Of a stretch of DNA of 64,000 bases, positions 1 through 13,800 are shown one piece after another. A model generated the notes under the pieces. That model was not told the origin of the DNA. It did not search any database and saw only the letters and a list, made by a program, of their open reading frames with translations. Origin of the DNA: Lama guanicoe (Eukaryota); the NCBI GenBank assembly GCA_013239625.1, contig MU053561.1, positions 5,506,439-5,570,438 on the forward strand. The letters are read 5' to 3'. Every line of letters begins with the position of its first letter. The stretch's first letter is position 1. The translations under genes were made by a program, and so were the position numbers.

Positions 1-67
1 GCATGTCTGAGGGGCATCTCCCAGGGCACATTTTCAACAACCTCATTATTCTCCTTCAGTGATAAGG

Positions 68-315
68 ATAATGGTAGCTATAGTTTATTGAGCACTTGCT
101 ATATACCAGGCACTTCTAAGAACTTCCCATGAATTAATTTATTTAATCCTTATAGAAATCCTGTGTGACAGATACTAATCCCTATTTTATAACGATGTAA
201 CTGAGACAAGGAAGGTTAGGTAACTTGCCCACTGTCACACAGCTACTTAATGAAATAAAAATGTGTGGGCTAGACATTATTCGTTAGTCTGACTTCAGAG
301 CCTAAACCATGTAGC
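68..315 (-). mobile_element. MIR SINE
   Basis: TTTATTGAGCACTTGCTATATACCAGGCAC...TTTAATCCT...GGTTAGGTAACTTGCCCACTGTCACACAGCTA matches the MIR consensus in antisense. Confidence 0.85.
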
Positions 316-999
316 CTCTGCATACAAGGTAGCTATCCTTCCTTCTCTTCAGGAACTGAACAGGTTGAAGACCAGGCTGAAAATACCACCCACAACGAAG
401 AAGACTCTGATACCTAATCTAAAATAAGCAAAATATTCCTCCCAAATAATAAGTATCAACCAAATGGGTTTTAAGTGTTGTTATTAATTCATAGTTTTAT
501 TTGTATCTTGTCTGCATAAATGGTTTGCATAATTTATGTTCTTACTAATTTACTGACATGGTGCTATCCTAATATAAGAACGGTTTCGGTAATTCTTCTA
601 GAGATATTTGAAAAGATAGTATACTCTGTTTCTTGAGTTCATTTAATATAGAGAATAGATCAAATTATTATATTATTTTCTATGCTTCATTTCCTTCTTA
701 CTATGTCAAAGACAGAGTAAGCTAATACCTCCCACAAGGGGACGCTGTAGAGAGCATAGGTTAAGTTCATGAGCTCTCAACTCAGACTGCATGTTGCTCT
801 CTCATGTATATTTAGCTCCTTAACAACTCTCCTCCTCAAAGACTGTTGGTAAAGGTCTTAACCGTAAAGGCCTATCATAGCTAACTGTCCTGACAGAAGA
901 ATACAGGCAGCAGCTAAATTAAACACAGAAGACATTCCCCAGGTGGGTTGGTCTCTGCTGTATTTATAGGCTAGCTCTACATTTCCTCTTTAAAACACA

Positions 1000-1560
1000 C
1001 AGTTGTCCAGAGCAAGCTAAATGCTCAAGGCAAATAGACTATTCAATTAGCAGTATATTGTCACATTCTGTTTTCCCAAGTTAAAATATTATGCTTGTGT
1101 TCATTCTCATTCATTCTATGAGTTTGTGATTATATAATTTAATATTGAATTAAATATTGTGAAAAAAGGGTGTTTCCATGAAAGCTAAGATAAATGTTTC
1201 AGGGAAAGTATTGAAATCTCTGGAGAGGTAAATCTCTAAAAATTAGAAAAGAGAAATTACTATAAAAAATGAAAAATGAAGTAGGATTCTGTACAAGTTT
1301 GATTTGCAGATGTCTGAGTTCTTGTTCTACTTTATGGAACTTGGAATTGGAAACCGTAGATAAGCATTATAGGTTATTTATGGAAGAAAGATGACAGCAG
1401 TCTCCAGTCAGTGGACTCACACTCACTGAAAACAAAACCTGCACTTCATTTCAGAAGATTTTAAAGTATAATATATGCTTTAAATTAAAAACAAAATGTT
1501 TACAGAATGTATATGGCAATTTGTAATTCTCTACCTTAATTAGCATTTTCAACTCATCCT
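1000..1560 (+). mobile_element. Ancient Tigger-type (TcMar) DNA transposon fragment with degraded transposase sequence
   Basis: GTAGATAAGCATTATAGGTTATTTATGGAAGAAAGATGACAGCAGTCTCCAGTCAGTGGACTCACACTC resembles the Tigger transposase HTH-coding segment; boundaries approximate. Confidence 0.5.
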
Positions 1561-2259
1561 ACATGTATAGGAGAGCACCGGGTAATATTTCAGCAAGGCT
1601 GGCTGGGTTGCCTTCCCATAAGGAATCTATAACTTATACCTGTATTTATGCTTACTCACATGTAATTTATAGCATATACCTGCCTACTGATGAGGCCCTG
1701 ACCATGCGTGCAAGACAGAATGTATCAATTTGCCAACCATCTACTGATTCCACTTTTACTTGCTTGAAAATGAATAATCAAAGTAAGAATTCCTGCCATA
1801 CATTTTCTTTGGGGGTAGTGAGGAAGATAATCTCTTCACGTCTTTGGGTAAAATTTCTTCACGGAATCTTTCCAACCTTGGGTTTTCTTTTGTCCTATTT
1901 TCCTTGTTTCTCCCTCATCTTACTTTAACCTCCTTAATTTCTGGCCTGTACCATTTGCTCAATAGGTGGTTCACCCTAGAGTTTGTTTAATCCTCCTCAA
2001 ATCAACAGAGAAAAAAATATAAAACACGACTAATATGCTGTGACTCTCCTTTTGTCACTCTAAAATATTAAAGCAGTTGCTTCCTGGAGACAGTGCTGAA
2101 TCATAAGTCATCACAAATGGCTTCGGTGTACTCTTAAAAGATTAAAGAAAACAAGAGAACCCATTTGTTGTCAGTGCAAGCTCACAGTTTTGCATTTCTA
2201 GCATAATTTTCCTTAATAGTATATAAAAGGAGGTTCAATAATTTAAAAATAAAAATTTT

Positions 2260-2440
2260 AAACAAGGTCCTACTGTACAGCACAGAAAACTATATTCAAT
2301 GTCCTGTAATAAGCCATAAGAGAATATGAAAAAGAATATATATACATGTGTATAACTGAATCACTTTGCTTTGCCATACACCAGAAACTAGCACACTAAA
2401 ATCAACTATGCTTCAATAAAAAAATAATAAAATAAAATAA
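2260..2440 (+). mobile_element. 5'-truncated L1 3' end (cetartiodactyl type)
   Basis: AACAAGGTCCTACTGTACAGCACAG...TATAACTGAATCACTTTGCT...ATCAACTATGCTTCAATAAAA plus A-rich tail; homologous to 9745-9920; AAATAAAA(A)TTTT on both flanks. Confidence 0.9.
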
Positions 2441-3529
2441 AATTTTCATTGAACAATTGAGATTTCACTATATGTGTATGTAAATGCACAGAAACTAATC
2501 CAACAGAACACGTCAATACTTGGCTAAATCTGACGTCCTAATGGAATATAGTTACAGAGAAATCTTTTAGAGATGACATCAATCTTCACAATAGATTTCA
2601 GATTAAAATTCTGCAATGAGTCAGTCAACTGTCTCAAAACACCAAAAATGAATTAAGGCCAAATGACTTCACTGCACCTTAATTTCCAAATGAATACCCT
2701 TATGGCTACATGCCTTGAATTCCTAAAAATTACACTAGGATCCAGGATAGGAACATTACTGCAGCTGGTGCTAACAATGCTCATTCACCTTGCTCTCTCT
2801 CTCTCATTCCTTCCCCTTCTTGAAATGGGAAGTTAGGAGAAGTAAGCAAGATCCTCCCTTTGCAGGAAAAAGAGGGATCAACAGTCTACATTCCTACTGC
2901 TCAGGAAAGGAAGACATTGTGATCTCTCTCTCCTCTATAAGCAGAGACTGTCCTTCTAAAGCAAAAAGTGGTCATTTCAATATGTCTGTAATTGACTATC
3001 CCTGTGAAATGGAATACTTCAGAATCCCTGCTGAGAGTTAAGGAAGTTACCATGAAGAAGCATTTAATGTCCATCCATCCTCATTTTTCTTAAGCGCTGG
3101 AAAACTGGTGGTGGGTGATATGTAGGCAAAAAGAAAAAACTAATGTGTACATACAGAAACACTGCCATGACATTTAAAGTCGGGTTTATTTCTACTATAT
3201 GTTCATTTTCTTTGTAGAAAATGTACAAAAATAGAAAAGAAAATGCTAGAGAATAAAAACCATCTATAGTCCTAGCATACAGAGGAAAACTTAATATTTG
3301 GGATTATTTTCTCCTATTGACACTATATTTCCCCAGAGGAGTACACTTGCCTGACAGTACTGTCCACCTCCACCTCAAAAAAAAAAAAATCCTCCTTAAT
3401 TGAGGGACAAAAATCTCAAGTGTAACATTGTTCCTACAGTGATCTTCATCATGACACTTTCAGGAACACCTGGTATCAAAAAAGTGAGCCTTATGGAGCC
3501 TCGTGGAGCATTACAAATGAAAAAGTAAT

Positions 3530-3843
3530 ATAACTGCATATGTGGAAAAAAATTTTAAATATATAATACCATGTACAATTTTACTTTAAAGATTTAAAAA
3601 TCTACAGATTAGACCATTTTTCTAGAAAAATAGGAATTATCAAAAATCATTCAAGAAGATGAAGAATATCTGAAGAGTTCCAAAGCCAGAGATTGGAAAA
3701 AATAGTCAATTATCTATATACCCTCAGAGTCATTTAGAATGAGATCAATTTTAGAGGATAAAGCCTAAAATAACAAATAATCCTTATAGAAAGTTTATCA
3801 GTTCATTCTATAGACTGACTTAATCATGATAACAAAACTTAAT
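3530..3843 (+). mobile_element. Old degraded L1 ORF2 fragment, interrupted by the younger L1 and resuming near 9950-10030
   Basis: TCATTCTATAGACTGACTTAATCATGATAACAAAAC resembles ORF2 TCATTCTATGAGGCC...CCTGATACCAAAAC; after the insertion it continues as AGACCAATTCCACTCATGCAGATAC. Confidence 0.55.
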
Positions 3844-4469
3844 AAAAATTGCCTCTCGAAGTGGGGTGGCTCTGGCTCAACCTGGGGACATAGACACAGT
3901 GGCAGATATTCAGAGGTGTTAATCTGAATGAACTGTCCATCGGAGGCTGGCTTCTTGCTTGGACATTAACACCAAGACTTGGCCTCACCCAACAGCCTGC
4001 AGGCTCCAGAGCTGGGATACCCCAGGTCAAACAATTAACTAGGTGGAGACATACCCACCCCGCCCAACCAGCAGACACTGCCTAAGGCTGACCCCACAGC
4101 TGCCTCTAGACACGACCCTAGACACAGTCTTGTCCTTTGAAAGGCCAAGACCCAGCTCCAGGCACCAGTGGGCAGGCACCAGCCCCTCCAGCCAGGAAGC
4201 CTGCACCAGCCTCTAGGCCAGCCTCACCCACCAGGGGGCAGATTAGAAGCTAGAAAACTTTGATCTCACAATCTCCAAAACAAGTCCTCAAACAAAGGCC
4301 AGAATCTACCCTGGGACCAGCTGGCCAAAGGCCCCTGGGTGACAAGAGGGGAGTACACTGCCGGGACACAAGGGCATCTCCTATAGAGGGCCACTTCTCC
4401 AAGGTAGAGAAACCTAACTAACCTACATAAAAATACAAATAGAAATTTAGACAGAAGGAGTGGCAGAGG

Positions 4470-5333
4470 AGTATGTTCCAGGAAAAGGCACAAAATAAAA
4501 TCCCAGAAGAAGAAATAAGTGACGAGGGGATCGGCAATCTACCTGGGAAAGAATTCAGAGTAATGATTGTGAAGATGATCAGAGAACTCAGGAGGAGAAT
4601 AGATGCATAGAGAGAAGTTTCTAGCAAAGAGTTGGAAAATATAAAGAACACCCAAACAGAGTTGAAGAACACAATTATTCCTATGAATAATACACTAGAA
4701 GGAACCAAGAATAGAGTAAATAAGGCAGAAAAATGGATCAATGAGCCAAAAGACAGAGTAGTGGAAATCACTGCCATGGAACAGAAAAAAGAGAAAAGAA
4801 TGAAAAGAAATGAGGATACTTTAAGAGACCTCTGGGACAACAGAAACACACTAATATTTGCATTTTGGGGTCGCAGAAAGAGGAGAGAGAAAGATCCCGA
4901 GAAAACATTTGAAGAGATAACAGCTGAAAACTTCTCTAACCTGGGGAAGGAAATAGTCACCCAAGTCCAGGAAGCAGAGTCCCATACAGAATTAATCCAA
5001 AGAAGAGCACACCAAGACATATAGTTAAAATGTCAAAAATTTAAGATAAAGAGAGAATATTAAAAACATCAAGGGAAAAGCAACAAATAACATACAAATG
5101 AACTCCCGTAAGACTATAAGCTGGTTTTTCAGCAGAAACTGCAGGACAGAAGGGAGTGATGTGATATATTTAAAATGATGAAAGGAAAAAACCTACAACC
5201 AAGAACACTGTATACAGCAAGGCTCTTACTCAGATTTGACGGCAAAATCAAAAGCTTTACAGATAAGCAAAAGCTGAAAGAATTCAGCACCACCAAAACA
5301 GCTTTACAACAAATGCTAAAGGAACTTCTCTAG
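4470..5333 (+). pseudogene. L1 ORF1p remnant with frameshifts
   Basis: ORF track 4632-5024 gives ...MKRNEDTLRDLWDN...EKTFEEITAENFSNLGKE, typical ORF1p; ends at ...CAAATGCTAAAGGAACTTCTCTAG; start approximate. Confidence 0.9.
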
Positions 5334-5802
5334 GTGGAAAAGGAAAGGCTACAACTAGAAACAAGAAAATCACAAAATGTAAAAGCTCACTGGTAAAGGC
5401 AAACATATAGTAAAGGTAGGAAATCATTCTAGTACAATTAGTAGGAAGGGTAAAAGACATCAGTAATAAGATCATCAGTTTCCATAACAGTTAAGAGATA
5501 CACAAAACAAATGTGAAATGTGACATCAAAAACAGTAATCGTGAGAAGAGAAAAATACAAGTGCAGGGTGCTTAAAATGCATTTGAATATAAGAGATCAG
5601 CAACCTAAAGCAATCACATATATATATACAGAATTTTATGCCAAAACCTTATGGTAACCACAAACCAAAATTCTATAATAGATATACACACAAAAAAGAA
5701 AAAAGGATCCAAACACTACACTAAAGAGAGTCACCAAATCACAAGAAAAGAGAATAAAAGAAGAGAAAGACCTATTAAAACAAATCCAAAACAATTAACA
5801 AA

Positions 5803-8800
5803 ATGGCAATAAGAATATGTATGTCAATAATTACCTTAAATGTAAACGGACTAAATGCTCCAACCAGAAGACATAGACTGGCTAAATGGATACAAAAACA
5901 AGACCCATATATTTGCTGCCTACAAACAACTCCCTTCAGATCTAGAGACACATACAGACTGAGATTGAGGGGATGGAAAAAGGTATTCCACACAAATAGA
6001 AATTAAAAAAAAAAAAGAGTCACAATACTTATACCAGACAAAATCAACTTTAAAATAAAGACTGTTACAAGAGACAAAGGACACTACATAATGCTCAAGG
6101 GATCAATCCAAGAAGATTTAACAATTACAAATGTATATGCACCCAAATTACGAGCACCTCAACATAAGGCAACTGTTAATAGACATAAAAGGAGATATCA
6201 ACAGTAACACAATAATAGTGGGGGACTTTAACACCCCACTTTCATCAATGGACAGATCATCCAGACAGAAAATCAATAAGGAAACACAGGCTTTAAACTT
6301 GTGTTTAGACCAAATGGACTCAATTGATATTTACAGAGTATTCCATCCGAAAGCAGCAGAATACACATTCTTCTCAAGTGCACATGGAACATTCTCCAGG
6401 ATAGATCACATGCTGGCCCACAAAGCAAGCCTCAATTTAAGAAAACTGAAATCATATCAAGCGTATTTTCCAACCATAATGCTATGAGATTAGAAATCAA
6501 CTACAAGAAAAAAAATTGTAAAAACCACAAACATGTGGAGACTAAACAATATGCTACTAAACAACCAATAGATCACTGAAGAAATCAAAGAGGAAATAAA
6601 AAAATACTCTGAGACAAATGAAAATGAAAACACAATGATCCAAAACCTATGTGACGCAGCAAAAGCAGGTCTCAGAATAAAGATTATAGTGATATAAGCT
6701 TACCTCAGGAAACAAGAAAAATCTCATATAAACAACTGAACCTTACACCTACAACAGAGAAAGAAGAACAAATAAAACCCAAAGTTAGTAGCAGGAAAGA
6801 AATCAAAGATTAGAGGAGAAATAAATGATACAGAGACTGAAAAAATAAATAAATGAAACAATAGAAAGGACCAATGAAACTAAAAGCTGGTTCTTTGAAA
6901 AAAATAATCAATAAATCTTTAGCCAGACTCATCAAGAAAAAAGGGAGAGGGCTCAAAGTATTAAAATCAGAAATGAAAAAGGAGAAGTTACAATCAACAC
7001 CACAGAAATACAAAGGATCATAAGAGGCTACTATGAGCAATTATACACTAATGAAGTGGACAACCTAGAAGAAATGGACAACTTCTTAGAAAGGTACAAT
7101 CCACCAAGATGGAATCAGGAAGAAATAGAAAATACGAACAGACCAATTACTAGCACTAAAATTGAATCAGTAATTTTAAAACTCCCAATAAACAAAAGTC
7201 CAGGACCAGATGGCTTCACAGGCAAATTCCACCAAACATTTAAAGAAGAGTTAACACTTATCCTTCTGAAACTACTCCAAAAAAAAACTGCAGAGGAAGG
7301 AACGCTTCCAAACCTCATTCTATGAGGCCACCATCAGCCTGATACCAAAACAGACAAAGATATCACACAAAAAAAGAAAATTACAGGCCAATATCACTTA
7401 TGAATATAGATGCAAAATTCCTCAACAAAATGCTAGCAAATCAACTGCAAAAATGCACAAAGAGGATCAATACCATGATCAAGTGGGATTTATCCTATGG
7501 ATGCAAGGATTTTTCAATATCTGCAAGTCAATCAATGTGATACACCACATTAACAAACCAAAGAATAAAAACCATATGGTCATCTCAATGGATGCATAAA
7601 AAGCTTTTGATAAGATTCAACATTAATTTATGACAAAAACTCTCCAGAAAGTGGGTACAGACAGAACATATCTTAACATAATAAATGCCATATATGACAA
7701 ATCCACAACTAGCATCATACTTAATGGGGAAAAGCTGAAAGCATTTCCTCTAAGATCAGGAACAAGACAAGGATGCCCGCTCTCACCACTTCTATTCAAC
7801 ATAGTTTTGGAAGTCCTAGCCACAGCAATCAGAGAAGAAAAAGAAATACAAGGAATCCAAATTAGAAGAGAAGAAGTAAAACTGTCATTGTTTGTAGATG
7901 ACATGATACTATACACAGAAAATCCTAAAGAAGCAACCAGAAAACTGCTAGAGTTCATCAGTGAATTTGGTAAAGTTGCAGGGTACAAAATTAATACATA
8001 GAAATTATATGCATTTCTATACACTAACAACAAAATTGCAGAAAAAGAAAAATTTTTTAAATCCCATTTACCATCACACTAAAAAGAATAAAATATCTAT
8101 GAATAAACTTACCCAAGGAGGCAAAGGACCTGTACTCCAAAACTCTAAGACACTGATGAAAAAAACTGAAGACAACATAAACAGATAGAAAGATATACTG
8201 TGCTCTTGGATTGAAAGAATCAATATTGTTAAAATAGCCATAATACCCAAGCCAATATACAGATTCAATGTAATTGCTATCAAATTACCAATGACATTTT
8301 TCACAGAGCTGGAACAAAGAATGTTAAAATTTGTATGGAAACATACAAGACCCTGAATAGCCAAAATAGTCTTGAAAAAGGAGAACACAGCTGGGGGAAT
8401 CATACTCCCTGACTTCAGACTATACATAAAGCTAGAGTAATCAAAACAGTATGGTACTGGCACAAAAACTGACACATAAATCAATGGAACTGGACACAAA
8501 GTCCAGAAATAAACCCAGGCACTTACATCAATTAATCTATGACAAAGGAGGCAAGAATATACAATGGAGAAAAGACAGTCTCTTCAACAAGTGGTGCTGG
8601 GAAAACTGGACAGTTACCTGTAAAAGACTGAAATTAGAACATTCTCTAACACTATATACAAAAATAAACTCAAAATAGATTAAAGACCTAAATGTAAGAC
8701 CAGATACTATAAAAGTCCTAGAAAAAACATAGGCGGAACACTCTTGGACATAAATCACAGCAACATTTTTTTTTGAACCAGCTCCTAGACTAATGGAAAT

Positions 8801-9545
8801 AAAAGCAAAAATATATAAATGAGATCTAATTAAACTTAAAAGCTTTTGCACAGCTAAGGATACCATCAACAACATGAGAAGACAACCTACAGAATGGGAG
8901 AAAATATTTGCAAATGATGAGACTGACAAGGGACTAATTTCCAAAATATACAAACAGCTCATATAGCTCAATATCAAAAAAACAAGCAACCCAAGCAGAA
9001 GGCCTAAATAGACATTTCTCCAAAGAAGACATCCAGATGGCCAATGAGCACATTGAAATATGTTTAACATCACTAATTGTTAGAGAAATGCAAATCAAAA
9101 CTACAATGAGATATCACCTCACACCAGTCAGAATGGTCATCATTAAAAAGTCCACAAATGATAAATGCTGGAGAGGGTGTTGGAGTAAAAGGAACCTTCC
9201 ACACTGCTGGTGGGAATGTAAATTGGTGCAGCCATTACAGAAGACAGTATGGAGGTTCCTCAAAAAAAACAAAACCAGACTCACCATATGATCTAGCATT
9301 CCCACTCCTGGACATATATCTCAAGAAAGCTAGAATTCAAAAAGACACCCCAGTGTTCATAGTAGCACTATTTACAATAGCCAAGACATGGAAACAACCT
9401 AAATCTCCAATAACAGATGACTGGATAAAGAAGATGTGATATATATACACAATGGAATATTGCTCAGTCATAAAAAGAATGCAATAATGCCATTTGCAGC
9501 AACAAGGATGGACCTAGAGATTATCACATTGAGTGAAGTGAGACA
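5803..9545 (+). pseudogene. L1 ORF2p remnant (endonuclease, RT, Cys-rich domain) with many stops and frameshifts
   Basis: Endonuclease motifs ITLNVNGLN, IVGDFNTPLS, SRIDHML; KSPGPDGFTG; RT motifs [13 protein letters not shown] and LFVDDMILY (FADD changed to FVDD); C-terminal KCWRGC...[11 protein letters not shown]. Confidence 0.95.
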
Positions 9546-11689
9546 GAGAAAGACAAATATCATATGACATCACTTATATGTGGAATCTAAAAAAAAAAAA
9601 GGATACAAATTGTATTTACAAACCAAAAACAGACTCACAGACATAGAAAACAAAGTATGGTTACCAAAGGGGAAATGGCAGGGAGGGATAAATTAGGGGT
9701 TGGGGATTAACAGACACACATTACTATATATAAAATAGATAAACAACAAGGACCTACTGCATAGCAGAGGGAACTACATTCAATTTCTTGTAATAAAATA
9801 TAATGGAAAAGAATCTAAAAAGAAAAAAATATGTATTTGAATATATATGAATATATGTATATGAATCACTTTGCTGTACACCTGAAAATTACACTGTAAA
9901 TCAACTACACTTCAATAAAAAAATCAAAAAGAAAAACAATTGCCTCCCCTAATGCAAGTGCTAGACCAATTCCACTCATGCAGATACATTTTTCTCTAAA
10001 AAAAAGAAAGAAAAACAGCAAATTGAATGTAGATATTAATTGCATTGATTGAAAAAATAATTTATTTGCAGATAATTGACAAAGAAATTTCCAGGTTATT
10101 CTGGAGGGATATCCTTTCCAACTGTTTACAAATTATAATCTCCAAATGTCACAATGATGAAAAAATAAAGATAGAGCCCCAAAACCTGCTGGACAAATTA
10201 TTTTGTTTTTTCTTAACATTATATGACTTCAAGATTGAAGCCTGCACACACACCACAAATGCAATACAACACCTACAAAGGATTTGTTTGTTGTCCCAAC
10301 GTACAGCTGAACAAGGGAATTCAGGACTTACGCATTATTTGCGGTGCCACTGTGATGTTACTCTCATCATCAATCTATGATCAGCCCCTTTTATCTATTT
10401 TGTTCAGCCTAGGCATCTCTGTCATCAGCACTGATCCTTTACCATCCAGTATATCACAGTATTGCCACCTGATATTGCAAAATATTCTTTGTCTTTTAAG
10501 CAACTAATGTAACATTAAAAAAAATGCATTAGGGTCATAATACCATAACTCATTCCTTTGACAGAAACTACGGTTACCTATATGAAGAAACTTCACTATT
10601 CTTATGAGCAGGCATGTCACAGGAGCCAAAGGGCGAGGATATTAGTCTGCAGGACATCATCCCTACCAACAGATGAGGAAAGAATATAGATGTACTAGCG
10701 TACACAGATTATCAATGAACACAACTTTTCCTACCCATTATATAAAAGAATATCTGGCAATTCAGCTCTTACAACCTCAGGAATACTGGTGATACGCAGT
10801 GTTAAGGAGACTAGGTTGAGATCTCCCAATTACTTCAATTCCCAAGCAGTAGCTCAGGTCAAAACAGGGTCTTTACCAGAGTAATCATGTTACTCTACTC
10901 ATAAGGGAAGGCCTATTCTAAAATTAAAGCTTAATCCTTACTCTTATATACATCCTCAAGAAATATCTGAGAAAACTGGCCAAATTAGTTATATACGGTC
11001 ACATAGAAAAAAAAAAATCAACAAAAAACCCAGGTATGACTTTCAGCATAAAAAATCATTCAAGGAAGTCTAATGCACTACTGCTTTCAAAGAAGCTCTG
11101 TGGCTCTAAGTAAGCCCAACTGAAGAAAATGAATCAAAGCATTATTTGCTCTGTCTTTACAAGTATCTACTTATAGTGAACACTACCAAAACTAGCACAA
11201 AATATATTCCTATTATAGCTTGTTTTCATTTTCAGTCATTTAAAGTTCCACTATCCATTTATGTGATCCTACTTAAATGCAACACTTTTAAAAGGAAAGG
11301 CTTAAAATATTATTTAAATTACACTTCTAATCCTATTAGAATCAACGTGAATATACTGACTAGAGAACTGTTCTTTCATAATCAACATGAACAATAAAAG
11401 AAAAAGCAATGTTCTATGAGCCTAAGTATGTATGCCTTAAATATATAAAAATAGTAGTTCCCAAATGTATTTAGGTGATGGAGTACCAGAAACACTTACG
11501 AAACATCTCTGTGTAATTTTTTTTTAAAGAATATATAGTTTTGTATATCTGGAGCTAGAATAAGTAATTAATAGTAGCTTTAATTATTTTAAAACAGTTA
11601 TAGAAGAAAAATTAAAGTTTAATTACTTTTCTGTCAACTGGAAAATAATTATTATCTTCATCTAACACCACATTACAAGGAAACTCTCT

Positions 11690-12415
11690 TATCTTAGAGA
11701 TCATTTCTCACCCACCAGAATGGCTAAAATCAAAAAGACAGATAATAACAAGTGTTGCTGAGAATGTGGAAAAATCTGACTCCTCACACACTGCCATATG
11801 TATGTAAGACATAGCCACTTTGAAAAACTGTCTGGCGGTTTCTCAAATGGTTAAACACAGAGTTCTATGTACCAATTCTGCTGCAAAGTATATACCCATG
11901 AGAACCAAAAACATATATTCACATAAAAACTCGTATACAAATGTTCATAACAGCATTATGTAGTAGTAGTCAAAAAGTGGAAACAACGCAAATGTCCACC
12001 AACTGATATTCATGAACACAATGTGGTATATTCATACAATGGAATATTACTCTGCTATTAAAAAGCTGAAGAACTAATATGTGCTACAACGTGTATGAAT
12101 CTTGAAAACACACTAAATGAAAGAACTCCAGACACAAAAGGCCATGTATTGTATAAATCCATATGAAATGTCCAGAACAGGCAAATTCATAGAGACAGAA
12201 AGTAGATTCATGGTTGCCAGGGGCTAGGCACAGAGAAAAAAAAAAGGCAGTGATTGCAAAGAAGCATGGATTTCTTTTGGGGGTGATTAAAATGTTCTGT
12301 AATTATAGATTGGTGATAGTTGTACAACTTTGTAAATATACTAAAAGCCACTGAATTCTACACTATAAAGCAATAAATTGTACTGTATGTGAAACTATTT
12401 CTCAAATTTAAAAAA
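11690..12415 (+). mobile_element. L1MB-like 3' end fragment
   Basis: CACCCACCAGAATGGCTAAAATCAAAAAGACAG...GAAATGTCCAGAACAGGCAAATTCATAGAGACAGAAAGTAGATT...CACTGAATT. Confidence 0.85.
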
Positions 12416-13134
12416 GTATAAATAATTAACACAAAATATGTAGTTAATAAAACTTACTGAGATATTAAATGAAGCATATTTTAAATATTTCATCTATTAT
12501 GAAATCTTATCCATCTATACATCTATTAATAAACTTGTTTTTATGATATAAACATTTCTATTAAAAATGTCACAACTATCAATAACTTCTACCATGTTTC
12601 AATGTATCCATCAGAACTGTAGATTAAAAAAGACTTCAAAAAGTTGCAAATTAAACCAAAACCAAGTTTGAGGTTATACCAGTTATACTATTCCCTTAGG
12701 GTGGTTCAAGAATCACTGGTACATTCTGAGCATCAAATGATCATGGTTACAGACTTATTTACACAGTGTAAAGTTAATAAATTTTTGACTAGGACTCAAA
12801 TTTCTAACAAGGAGTCAATGACTGCTAATTTTCATTCTGTACCACAACAAATGTCCAAACCCTAGAATTTATGCTCTTGCTATGTCTCAATTCCATTAAT
12901 TCCCTTCTGGGGGGAAAAAAAAAAAGACACTTCTATAGGAACTCAGAACAACTGCATGTAATAGCTTAAAATCTTATTAATTTAAATTAATACTACTGGA
13001 GGACTGTATGAATTATTACTGTGATAAAATAATAAGGTGTGAATTATTAATAATCTTATTATTCCTACTACACAGAGTAATTCATTTTAATTCTAGAGAA
13101 ATATACTTAGTTGTCAAGCCAAGAACCTGCCTAG

Positions 13135-13520
13135 GTCTACTTCATTAAGTCAACCAACTATTCACTGAGCAGTTATGATGTCCCCAGTATTATAAGGAAT
13201 ACAAAGACATCAGTCCTTACAGTGAAGGAACTTACAATATAATACAAAAGGGAAGTGAGCAGGTAATAGATGGGGAAGGTTATAAATGTTGAAGATCTCA
13301 CAGTTTAACCTATAGGTAATGAGGAAACTATTAAATTAGCTTAACCATCTACTGAGTTAGACTAGGAGAGACCAGGCACAGGGAAACCAGTTGGGAGATG
13401 GACACAATCGTTTAGATAAGGATGATGAAGCATCTAAATTAAAGTAATGGCAGGGGAAGGACAGACGAAGACAGGCTCTCAAGTCTTATTCAAGAGGTAG
13501 AATCAACAGAGCTTGGGGGA
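13135..13520 (-). mobile_element. L2 fragment
   Basis: TTCATTAAGTCAACCAACTATTCACTGAGC...GGAAACCAGTTGGGAGATG...GAGGTAGAATCAACAGAGCTTGG, antisense L2 motifs. Confidence 0.6.
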
Positions 13521-13559
13521 GGTAACTGCATATAGAGAAAGCAATACCACCTAGAGATT

Positions 13560-13800
13560 AAGGCTTGCATAGACTTTGAAAACACACTCCCGGGCGGGCG
13601 AGAGGTTTGGCTCTGACTCATTCCAGCTGTGCATACTGGGCAATGACTTACAAAAGCCTCATCACCATAGGTTTTCCACTTCCTCTGTAAAATGGAGATA
13701 ATAATAGAAACCTACATATCGTATAGCTGTCATGAGGACTGAATTAGAAAAGAATGTATGTTAAGCACTTAGCGCAGGGCCTATTACACAGGATGACAAG
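13560..13800 (+). mobile_element. MIR SINE
   Basis: GGCTCTGACTCATTCCAGCTGTG...TTCCTCTGTAAAATGGAGATAATAATAGAAACCTAC...AAGCACTTAGCGCAGGGCCT. Confidence 0.75.

Larger units (their letters stand above)
3858..9934 (+). mobile_element. Near full-length LINE-1 (about 6.1 kb, cetartiodactyl lineage), inactive
   Basis: GC-rich 5' UTR remnant, ORF1, ~470 bp spacer, ORF2, 3' UTR, AATAAA and A-tail; TSD AAAAATTGCCTCTC (3844-3857) versus AACAATTGCCTCCC (9935-9948). Confidence 0.97.

Noticed and set aside
1563..1928. 121-aa plus-strand ORF
   Set aside because: No recognisable homology, promoter or splice context; compatible with chance
4418..5020. 200-aa minus-strand hydrophobic ORF
   Set aside because: Antisense shadow of A-rich L1 ORF1; such F/L/S-rich ORFs are routine on the L1 antisense strand
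7623..9073. Minus-strand ORFs of 136, 141 and 178 aa
   Set aside because: Antisense to L1 ORF2 with no independent gene signals
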